Below the pieces are notes generated by a model. The model was not told the DNA's origin. It saw only the letters and a program-made list of their open reading frames with translations, and did not search any database. DNA of 63,313 nt, the filler included, from Candidatus Fermentibacterota bacterium (GTDB taxonomy: Bacteria; JAFGKV01): NCBI GenBank assembly GCA_016928395.1. It is 7 parts of 7 records of this genome, joined end to end, with 100 filler letters (N's around TTAATTAATTAA, not from the genome) between each part and the next. Parts side by side here need not be neighbours in the genome. Positions count along the whole stretch, not along the records: positions 1 to 6,713 come from JAFGKV010000027.1; positions 6,814 to 14,093 come from JAFGKV010000207.1; 5 more parts are not named here. One strand, written 5' to 3'. The position numbers and the translations under genes were made by a program. This document shows positions 1 to 8,242 of the stretch, piece by piece. Position 1 is the first letter of the stretch. Every line of letters begins with the position of its first letter.

Positions 1-17
1 CGAATCCCTCGTTTTGA

Positions 18-92
18 CCACTATTCTAAACTTAGAATAGCTCCCCGCACGGCACTGCCGCACCCAGTAACTTGCCATTTTACCAACGTCCC
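18..92 (+). mobile_element. Right end of ~430-bp dispersed element (cut by contig start)
   Basis: Palindrome CTATTCTAA-AC-TTAGAATAG (21-40) and GTAACTTGCCATTTTACCAACGTCCC (67-92). The same two motifs occur at the same 46-nt offset at 2856 and 2902. Confidence 0.75.
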
Positions 93-183
93 GCTGGTCT
101 CCCACCAGATCCGGGTCTCTTGGGGATCCGATATGGGCAGTTCCTCCAGCGAAGCACTTCTCAGGACTTGATGTGAAACGTCG

Positions 184-1323
184 ATGATGATTGGCCCTGG
201 CACCAACGATCCAGAGTCCGCGGTCGCCGGCCTTGCGGCACGTTACCCGGAGAAGACCTCCTATCTCGGCCGCGTGTTCAACGACACCACGAACTCCTAC
301 AAGCTCATCTGGTTCCTGGCCATTCTCTCGCTGCTTCGTCGGAACGAGAGCACGTCATTCTCCCTGCCGGAGCTGTTCGCCGAGATGGGCACGATCGCCT
401 GGCACCCAGTGTGCCTCTACAGGCTCTCCCTCGGGCGGCAGGACAAACTCCAGGACGCGGTGCGAGAGATACGGTCTCGTTCGAGCCTCCCCGCCAACGC
501 AACGCCGGGTTCGGTGCGAACGTTCGTGCTGGAGTCCGAGGAGGCGGGCAGGAGCCTCGACTTCATACGGAACTACGTGCCGGCGCGTTTCCTCGCGCCG
601 TGGTTCGCCGAGGAACTTCGCGGCCACAAGGACTCCGTGCGCAACCGGCTCATAGCAGAACTGGCTGCGTCGAGCCAGCACACCTCGTCAGCCTGCCCCT
701 ACTGGCTCGGCGACGGGCGCATCCACCTCAACGAGTCGTGGCGGGCGTTCCTCCTCGAGAACATTGCGATGGTGGAGGCATTCGCCGAGTACCACTTCGC
801 CCACTACCTGCAGGTGCGGAATCCGAACGTGCCCGGCATCGTGAACAAGCTCCGCGCACCGGTTGCCCGGCAGCTCGGGGATGCGCGGCGATTCTGGAGG
901 CTGGTGCGTCACGGTTTTGAACAGTCCGGGAAGGCGGACCTCTTCGGGGATATCTATGCGGGACGCCCACTGGGCGACGACTTCGCGATTGACCATTTCC
1001 TGCCCTGGAGTTTCGCGCTCCACGACCTGCTCTGGAACCTCACGCCAGTCGAATCTGGAACCAACTCCAGCAAGAGCGATTCCCTTCCCGACATCGAGCT
1101 CTATCTGCCCCGGCTTGCCCGGCTGCACTTTGAGGTCGTCGAGACGATGCAGAGTCACCCAAGGCTGCTCGAAGACCACACCGACTGCTTCAAGCTCGAG
1201 CCCAGTGATCTTCTGGCTCTCGGGGAGGACGGACTGACAGCGAAGTACCGGGAAGTGGTGATCCCACAAGCCCAAATCGCGATGAATCAGGGCTTCCCGT
1301 CCGGGTGGGCGTTCAGGGAGTGA
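184..1323 (+). CDS. HNH endonuclease domain protein (putative defence/restriction nuclease)
   Basis: N-terminal TTNSYKLIWFLAIL motif; C-terminal IDHFLPWS...LWNLTPV...NSSKSD HNH-type signature. Confidence 0.85.
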   Translation: MMIGPGTNDPESAVAGLAARYPEKTSYLGRVFNDTTNSYKLIWFLAILSLLRRNESTSFSLPELFAEMGTIAWHPVCLYRLSLGRQDKLQDAVREIRSRSSLPANATPGSVRTFVLESEEAGRSLDFIRNYVPARFLAPWFAEELRGHKDSVRNRLIAELAASSQHTSSACPYWLGDGRIHLNESWRAFLLENIAMVEAFAEYHFAHYLQVRNPNVPGIVNKLRAPVARQLGDARRFWRLVRHGFEQSGKADLFGDIYAGRPLGDDFAIDHFLPWSFALHDLLWNLTPVESGTNSSKSDSLPDIELYLPRLARLHFEVVETMQSHPRLLEDHTDCFKLEPSDLLALGEDGLTAKYREVVIPQAQIAMNQGFPSGWAFRE

Positions 1324-1805
1324 GCCTCGACGTGACGACCTTCGGAGCAATCGAGCAAGACCTGATCCTTGCCGAGGATGACTTGTTCATCGTCGCGCGA
1401 GACAAGTTCCCCGTCTCGCCGGGACATACGCTGGTCATCGTGCGACGTGTCGTATCGCGATTTCTCGACCTGACTGCGGAGGAGAAGACCCGGCTGCTGC
1501 GGTGGATCGACTGGTCTGTCGCTCACCTGCAGAACACCCTGAATCCACGCCCCGACGGCTTCAACATCGGACTGAACGACGGGCCCGCAGCCGGCCAGAC
1601 CATCGCCCAGCTTCACGTCCACATCATCCCCCGCTACAGGGGTGACATCCCCGATCCCCGCGGCGGCGTCCGCCACGTGATCCCCCAGAAGGCCAAGTAT
1701 TGGTCGGATGACATGACCGCCGATCTCCATGATCCAGTTCACCTCAGAGAAGACCGCGTCAGTCTCAGACAGGACGGACAGCATGACCACGTTATTCGGA
1801 GTTGA
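1320..1805 (+). CDS. HIT family nucleotide hydrolase
   Basis: DKFPVSPGHTLVI, GFNIGLNDGPAAGQTIAQLHVHIIPRYRGD. GTG start overlaps the HNH stop (GTGA). Confidence 0.9.
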   Translation: MSLDVTTFGAIEQDLILAEDDLFIVARDKFPVSPGHTLVIVRRVVSRFLDLTAEEKTRLLRWIDWSVAHLQNTLNPRPDGFNIGLNDGPAAGQTIAQLHVHIIPRYRGDIPDPRGGVRHVIPQKAKYWSDDMTADLHDPVHLREDRVSLRQDGQHDHVIRS

Positions 1806-2484
1806 TTGTGCTACGGTCCCCAGGAAGACTGGCCTCGCCCTCGGAGAGTTGTCCGGGGAGATAGTACGAATCACCAAGTGTCGCACAGCCTCTGCCAAGG
1901 AGCCGCCCGCGGTTATTGCTGCGGATTGGCTCAGTACCCACGAGCGAGTGATTATCGCTATTGACGCCCCGCTGGGATGGCCAGTAGGGCTCCGGAAGGG
2001 TATTGGGGAGCACAGCGCGGGGGACCCTCTGTCAGTCTGTGCAGATGAGATGTTTCGCCGGGCCACGGACCTGGAGATCGAGGAAAGACTTGGAAAGAGA
2101 CCCCTGGAGGTTGGGGCAAACCTGATCGCCCGAACTGCTGCGGCCGCCCTCGGGTTTCTCGAAGAACTCCGCAACCGGACCGGCCGTGAGATCCCGATTG
2201 CCTGGGACCCCGATCAAGAGGATGCCTGGCGCGCCATTGAAGTATACCCTGCGGCTACTCGCATCGGGCACGGTGCACCTGATCGCGGAGGCAGCCTCAA
2301 CGGGCTGGGCAGGCTGCTGGATTGCACCGGTCTTCCAGCGAAGGCACTCAAGTCGAAAGACGCCGTCGACGCAACGGTGTGTGCGCTTGCGGCTGCCGAC
2401 TTCCTACGTGGCCGATCAGTCGCGCCCGTCGACGTTGACACTGCTCGTATTGAAGGCTGGATCTGGGCGCCGCGGGCAAGGTGA
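1783..2484 (+). CDS. DUF429 family predicted nuclease (RNase H-like fold)
   Basis: GVD, IAIDAPLGWP, RRATD, IEVYPAA, DAVDA, EGWIW motifs. Start at 1783 preferred; 1729 is possible. Confidence 0.85.
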   Translation: MTTLFGVDCATVPRKTGLALGELSGEIVRITKCRTASAKEPPAVIAADWLSTHERVIIAIDAPLGWPVGLRKGIGEHSAGDPLSVCADEMFRRATDLEIEERLGKRPLEVGANLIARTAAAALGFLEELRNRTGREIPIAWDPDQEDAWRAIEVYPAATRIGHGAPDRGGSLNGLGRLLDCTGLPAKALKSKDAVDATVCALAAADFLRGRSVAPVDVDTARIEGWIWAPRAR

Positions 2485-2497
2485 TCAGGGGCACGGC

Positions 2498-2930
2498 CTA
2501 TGGACTTAGGCAAAGCGCCAACTTACGGGGAACCGCAGGCGCCGATTCGGAAGTTGCCGAACGTGAATCTGCGCTGTGGAGCGGGCACGTAGCCGCTGCG
2601 CGGCAGCTCTCAGCCAGCCGACTCCTTTCCCTCTTCACCTCCCTACTTCTTCACCTCTTCGCCCCTTGACTTCTTCATCTCCTCACTCTTTACTCCTATC
2701 TCCTCACTCAAAGGACACCTTCACCATGGGGCCGTGATGGATACGATCGGATCGCACATCCTCCTCTCCCGCTCGAGGCGGCGATCCGGTGTACCCGCCG
2801 GGGGATTCGCCTGCTCATGCCACGTATTCGGCGAAGCCGGGGCCGATACTGCCCACTATTCTAAGGTTAGAATAGTGGGTTTCGGAGGCCATACTCGATC
2901 GGTAACTTACCATTTTACCAACGTCCCTAG
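2498..2930 (+). mobile_element. Complete ~430-bp non-coding MITE/REPIN-like element with imperfect terminal inverted repeats
   Basis: Left end CTATGGACTTAGGCAAAGCG aligns with CTAGGGACGTTGGTAAAATG at 6634. Right end CATTTTACCAACGTCCCTAG (2911-2930) is the exact reverse complement of 6634-6653. Contains a 13-bp-arm palindrome (2852-2879). Internal blocks are shared with 6670-6713 and 57363-57670. Confidence 0.75.
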
Positions 2931-2940
2931 TTCCACTGAA

Positions 2941-4248
2941 GTGGTCAATGTGCTGACCGTGGTCGCCAACGAGAGTTTCTCCGCGTTCGCAAACGGGCTC
3001 CAGCGAGAGTATGTTGAGGCTGGAGATGCCCCGCCGCCATTGCCCACCGATGCGAAGCGGCGAAGGCAAGCCAAGCGCAACGATCGGATCTACCTCGACG
3101 ATCCGCACTTCCAGCGTTTCTGGAGTCAGCTCAACCGGCTTGTTCGCTACCGCATCCGCGTCGTCACCCCGGAACTGGTTGACGCGTGTGTCAAAAGGCT
3201 CAACGACAGCCCCTTCCCGGTTCGCACCCTTGCCGTCGAGAAGGGCAGGATCAACCTCGGGGCGTACAAGGTACACGTTGATCGAGTTGAATCCGGAAAG
3301 GCCCAGCTCACGCTCACGCTGTTCGACGATGAGGGGGAGCCCGTCGTGCATCAGAGGCGTTTCAAACCGGGTGACGACATCGCAAGGGAGCTGCACGAGG
3401 ATCGTCTTCGACCTCTTGGAGCTCTCGATATTGAGCAGGCGGGGGGCTCCTACGACGTTGTCTTCACCTCTCTTGCCAGGCGCGTCAGCGAGGGTGAGGA
3501 GTGGGAGTTCACACCGACCGGATTCGGCGCTACCGCCCAGAAGCAGATCGTGCAGGTGGAGGCCCGCCGTTATCCGGTGTTCAACCTGATTGACCGCGCA
3601 TCACGGGATACAGGGATCACGCGGCCCACGGTCAATGCGATCTTCAAAGGCATGCGCAATGACAAGAAGCGCCTCATCTTCGAGAATCCGGAGGGCTTCG
3701 CCACCGTCTTCATCGGCGAACTCCGGAACGCGCTGGCCGACCACATCACCGAGCGAATCGAGTTTGTCGTTGACGCCGGGGTCGGGCGGTTCGACCGCGA
3801 TGAGCTTTTCCCGCAAGTATGTGAGCATCCCCAGAGGGAACTCATCGAAGCCGGCGAGCATGGGCTGTACGACTTGGTCCAGAAGGATTCAGAGGTCGAA
3901 CAGCACTACGTCGATGCGATCCGACATGAAGGGGACTCCATCGTTTTCTACTTCAAGTTCCCGCCGAAGTTCAAGATCGATCTTCCGCGGCTCATCGGCG
4001 ACTACAACCCCGACTGGGGCATCGCCCGGATCCACCGCAATGGCGACATGGAGGTCCGCACCTTCGTCCACGAAACCAAGGGCACAACGCAGATCGGCAA
4101 GCTCCGCTTCCCTCACGAGAAGCGGAAAGTACGGTGCGCCGAGAAGTACTTCGCCACCATCGGCGTCAACTACCAGACCATCGACCCGAGTCACGTCGGC
4201 GCCTGGTGGGCGACCTCCGCCGAACGTGGCGTACAGACTGAGATGTAG
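2941..4248 (+). pseudogene. res: 5'-truncated type III restriction-modification Res subunit (C-terminal endonuclease half)
   Basis: Begins at VNVLTVVANESF..F...LQRE, which follows helicase motif VI in Res proteins. Contains DSEVE, FKFPPKFKI, YNPDW...HETKG, EKRKVRCAEKYF. No helicase motifs upstream; the element occupies that position. Confidence 0.85.
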
Positions 4249-4262
4249 GGGAGAAGCGCGCC

Positions 4263-6116
4263 GTGGCGAAATCCTCTCCCACGCCCTCCAGCAGCGAAGA
4301 GCAGCCAACCAAACTGACTCCCTTCGCGCAGAGCCTGCTTGACGTCTTCGAAGACAGCCTCCGCTCAACCCTGCACTTCGGAGCCCTCGGCGAGCACCTG
4401 GTGTCGGAATCGGGGCTGGCGGTATCGCGTCTAGAATACGTACTCCGTCATTGCCATTGCCTCGCGGGGCTATCGAAGGAGAACCCCGGCATCGGCCTCT
4501 CATCACGCTGCAGATTCCCGAGCCAGGCCGGTGAGGGAGGACTGGCATGGAAGGGTTTGGGCCGCCTCTCCGGGCTCGAAGTATGCCAATCGTGGTCAGT
4601 GCTCCTGAACATCGGGCACCTTTTCGGTACCTTCGCGACTGAACGCGGTCTGCTCTTTCAGCTCGACAAGGACTTAGACGCGAGAGACGGATTCCTTGGA
4701 GGCGCCTGTTCCCACTTCGAGGGTCAGGCTGGCGATGTCCGAAAGATGGGAGAGGAGCTGCTAGACCGAGCACAGCTGTACCGATTCCACTATCTCCTTG
4801 CTCTTTGGCGGTTGAGAGCAGACAACAACCTGCCCGTGGACGACGCAATCCGCCGCAAGGCTGCACTGCTGGTACTTGCCTTCCTCTCTCCTCCAAGTGC
4901 AAAGCTGAGTCAACTGGCCCACATCTACCGGAAGACCCGAACGCTCGCATACCTTTCGCTTCATGCTGAGATCGGGGTAATGGAACCCCTCTGCAACGTG
5001 AAGGGGCTGCAGCGCTATCGGCAGCTCTTTCCGATCGACGCGATCCTGGAGGACAGCCTCGTCGAACCTGGACAATGGAACCTCATCGAGGCAATGGATC
5101 TCTCGGATTCGGAGCGGCTTTTCAATGCCCCCGATGCGGCAGGCATCGTCCTTGCTCACGCCAGGCAATTCCGGCAGTGGTGGGATCAGCGAAGGGCGAA
5201 TGGCTCTTCCTTCGGAGCTCTCATCGATGAGGCGTTCGGGAAGCCAGACGACTGGCCCGGGGCGCCTGCGCGAGAACTCCAGCACTTCGGGCGTATCTAC
5301 CTGCCGTCACGAGTGGGCTGGCTCGAAGAGGTCAGACTCTGGAAACATGACGAGAGTCAGAACAACCCATGGCGAGACTCTGACTTCCTCGTAACGCCAC
5401 CTCAGCAGAGATCTGAGGGACTCCATCTGGACCTGTACGCGGGGGCCTCTGGGATGAGTATCCAGACGGCCCGGCACATCACACTGCAGCTTTCTCGAGC
5501 CCTCTCATTCAGTCCAGAAGGGCAGTCAATGCGCAGGCTATGGATGACCACCGCGCGGTTCGTCGCCAAGGTCTTCCAGGGGTGCCTCAAGCCCGAATAT
5601 TCCCTGCGGCTCACGCCCCTCGAGGCTAGAGGAGATCACCTTGGGTACGGTACGGCCGGTTCGAGCTACGAACTGGCCCGTGGATTCGTCAAACGTTTCC
5701 TTGTAGAGTGCACCGATCCTCAGCGGACGATGGAGTTGAGACAACTTCTCGCCATCGGGGACAGGGATGAGTTCTGGCGGGTGCCTGCTCTCATCATGAT
5801 GGCACGGGCAGAAGTCATCAGCTCCGACGGGCAGTCGATAACCGATCTCGATGGGCTCCTTGGGAAGTTCCAGGGAGACTCGTTGGTCTGGACGGTTGTG
5901 GAGACCAAGAAATCGCCCACTCGAGGGGGCAAGACACAACTGCGGGATCGTGCAGATATCTACCTTGCTGTCGAACGAAGCTCCGAGGTCGAGGTGGTGA
6001 TCAATAGACAACACGTGCAATGGTTCACGGCCATATCCCCTGACCCAATCGCGTCAAGGCTATCCGGCGAGTGTGTGATTCCTGGGAGCACCGCGAAACG
6101 AGAGGAGGATCCATGA
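4263..6116 (+). CDS. Uncharacterised 617-aa protein: degenerate HD-domain-like N-terminus plus putative PD-(D/E)xK nuclease C-terminus
   Basis: Long ORF 14 nt after the res stop. SRLEY / LLNIGHLFGTFATE / RTLAYLSLH parallel HD dNTPase motifs; TDLDG...VETK at the C-terminus. The domain calls are by eye. Confidence 0.6.
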   Translation: MAKSSPTPSSSEEQPTKLTPFAQSLLDVFEDSLRSTLHFGALGEHLVSESGLAVSRLEYVLRHCHCLAGLSKENPGIGLSSRCRFPSQAGEGGLAWKGLGRLSGLEVCQSWSVLLNIGHLFGTFATERGLLFQLDKDLDARDGFLGGACSHFEGQAGDVRKMGEELLDRAQLYRFHYLLALWRLRADNNLPVDDAIRRKAALLVLAFLSPPSAKLSQLAHIYRKTRTLAYLSLHAEIGVMEPLCNVKGLQRYRQLFPIDAILEDSLVEPGQWNLIEAMDLSDSERLFNAPDAAGIVLAHARQFRQWWDQRRANGSSFGALIDEAFGKPDDWPGAPARELQHFGRIYLPSRVGWLEEVRLWKHDESQNNPWRDSDFLVTPPQQRSEGLHLDLYAGASGMSIQTARHITLQLSRALSFSPEGQSMRRLWMTTARFVAKVFQGCLKPEYSLRLTPLEARGDHLGYGTAGSSYELARGFVKRFLVECTDPQRTMELRQLLAIGDRDEFWRVPALIMMARAEVISSDGQSITDLDGLLGKFQGDSLVWTVVETKKSPTRGGKTQLRDRADIYLAVERSSEVEVVINRQHVQWFTAISPDPIASRLSGECVIPGSTAKREEDP

Positions 6117-6529
6117 CAGGCTACTGGTTGGTCAACACGAACGAGAGGCATCGGCCAGACACGAAGGCGCACATGCTCGCCAACAGGTGCGTGTGCGCCC
6201 AGTACGACCCCAAGGTTGACATCGATCGAATCTCCGCAGGCGATGTCGTCTTCATCTATGAGAACGTCGTGGGCATCATCGGCTACGGCATCGCAGATGG
6301 CCGAATCATCATCAGAGACTACAAAGGGGAGCGGAACGAACAGCACGAGATGCGCCTCGACCAGTTCGAGGTTCTCCCGCAACCGATCACCCCTTCACAG
6401 ATCAGCGCGATCTCCTGGAATCTCGATAGAGCAGGGGTCTTTTACGCCCGCACCGTCGTCCCCTTGCGCGATCTTGCGGGCGCCGAACTGTACCGCATCG
6501 CCAAGGAGCTGATACGATCGGGCGACTGA
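6113..6529 (+). CDS. EVE/PUA-like domain protein
   Basis: YWLVNTN ... ISAGDVVFIYENVVGIIGYG ... LPQPIT. RBS GAGGAGG; ATGA overlap with the upstream stop. Confidence 0.65.
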   Translation: MTGYWLVNTNERHRPDTKAHMLANRCVCAQYDPKVDIDRISAGDVVFIYENVVGIIGYGIADGRIIIRDYKGERNEQHEMRLDQFEVLPQPITPSQISAISWNLDRAGVFYARTVVPLRDLAGAELYRIAKELIRSGD

Positions 6530-6633
6530 CCGCTGAAGACGCCAGACCAACACGGATCATCAGCGCATGGAGGTACAACCCTATGACCATTCTGCGCGGA
6601 GCACCTGGGGGACGTTGGTGCAGAAAGCGGCTC

Positions 6634-6713
6634 CTAGGGACGTTGGTAAAATGTCAACTTCCGGGGTGTTGCAGGCGCCGGTTTCGAAGTTGCCGAACGA
6701 GAGTCTGCGCTGC
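6634..6713 (+). mobile_element. Left end of ~430-bp element (cut by contig end)
   Basis: CTAGGGACGTTGGTAAAATGTCAACTTCCGGGG...GCAGGCGCCG...GAAGTTGCCGAACGAGAGTCTGCGCTG is colinear with 2498-2576. An extra GGGGGACGTTGGT copy lies at 6607-6619. Confidence 0.75.
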
Positions 6714-6813
6714 NNNNNNNNNNNNNNNNNNNNNNNNNNNNNNNNNNNNNNNNNNNNTTAATTAATTAANNNNNNNNNNNNNNNNNNNNNNNNNNNNNNN
6801 NNNNNNNNNNNNN
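6714..6813. other. Artificial contig linker
   Basis: N-run with central TTAATTAATTAA (stops in all six frames), 100 nt. Confidence 0.99.
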
Positions 6814-7886
6814 ATCAAGTGAAGTTCTACCCCAATGGTGTTACATCCCCTGGGTATGAGATGAATCCGTTTCACCTGAGTGGAGCGGTGGACATCGTCG
6901 TCCGATGCTCGGACGAAATCACCGGCGGAGGGTCAAATGCCGGCGTATACACCGTTGGGTACGAGGTATTCGATGGCTCTGGCGCGAACATGGTCTCTGT
7001 TCGAGGACCTGTCTACAACCTCTACTTCGACTACTGGTGGTGGAACAACTACCTACCCTACATCTACACAGACCAGTCCAGTACTACTGTCTACTACTAT
7101 ATAGCCACGAACGGGCTTGGATACGATAGCTGGCTGGACGTTTCCACTCTTCCGAACGTCGTTGGCCCCTACAATGACGGATACTATACGATCAAGGTGT
7201 ACGCCGGAGATATCGATCAGGGGTTCGCCGAACACGCAGTAGACGTTCGAGTACCGGAACTTGGCGCGAACGAAGTGACCATGACCATTCAGAACAAGTT
7301 CCGGCGACCGCTCGGCCCGGATCTTGACGGCGGGGTTGTTGAGGTCAACGACACCCAGTACCCGTCACCCTTCCCGATGATCTGCTCACCCGGGCAGACC
7401 GTGGAACTCACGGCTGTTTCGCCACAGACCATCAATGGGAAACGATACATCTTCAACTACTGGAACGACGGGTATGACGAGCCGACGAGGGTGGTACAGG
7501 CAAGCGAGTCTACCTACACCGCCTACTTCTCTACCAGGGCTCATACCAAGCCTGCGGATAATGATGACGTGGACGTCACGGCAAGCATTCCACAAACGCC
7601 GGACCCGACGGTGTTCTCGCTTTCAGATGGCGCACCGAATCCATTTGGCACTGAGACCACTATCTCGTACTCACTGGAGAAGTGTGCACCAACCACAATC
7701 CGGCTCTACGACAGTTCCTGGCAACTGGTGAGGGTTCTTGTTGATGAGAACCGGTCGGCAGGGCGACACACAGTTTGCTGGGACGGTAGAGACGAGCAGG
7801 GGCGAGCCACCCCAAGCGGTGTGTACTTCTGTCGCATGGAGGCGGGCTCGTTCAGCGCGACATCAAGACTGGTGCTAGTCCGGTAA
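6814..7886 (+). CDS. Secreted protein with C-terminal FlgD-Ig/T9SS-like sorting domain (5' partial)
   Basis: Open from the contig edge; ends PNPFGTETTISY...WDGRDEQGRATPSGVYFCRM...RLVLVR. Confidence 0.85.
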
Positions 7887-8242
7887 CCACGGAATGCCCG
7901 GAGGACGGATGCCGGATGTGCGGACAAGGCCAAATCCCGCGCCGCGTGCGAGGGCCAACATGCCCTGTAAACACCGTCGTGCTGGCAGAGGATTGACCTC
8001 GGCGAGCTCTCCTTGGCTCGACGCAGCCGAGGTGAGCCTCGCGCGAGAATCACGTTGCAGGCGTCCTTCGGGCATCTTCGTGGCAGTCATCCCCTCCCCC
8101 TACCTGCCTGAATCCCTCTCCGGGCAGGTAGGGAGCTTGCCCGACGTCAACAGGATCTGGGGCACCAGGGAATTGCAGACAGGGCAACCGACCTTCTTGC
8201 GCGGCTATCGTCCGGATCCTGAACAGAACATCGGAGGAACCT

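Noticed and set aside
14-38. TTGACC...TAGAAT as an element-borne promoter
   Set aside because: The spacer is only 13 nt and the -35 is not conserved in the 2850 copy.
2498-2930. Integron attC interpretation of the inter-gene element
   Set aside because: Too long, no clear RYYYAAC/GTTRRRY core pair bounding a palindrome, no integrase seen, and the blocks are multi-gene with a truncated gene.
2734-2940. N-terminal extension of the 504-aa ORF
   Set aside because: Read-through of the non-coding element. Res similarity starts only near 2941.
6714-6813. Recurrent TTAATTAATTAA palindrome within N-runs (six times)
   Set aside because: Artificial six-frame-stop contig linker. Gene adjacency across linkers carries no biological meaning.
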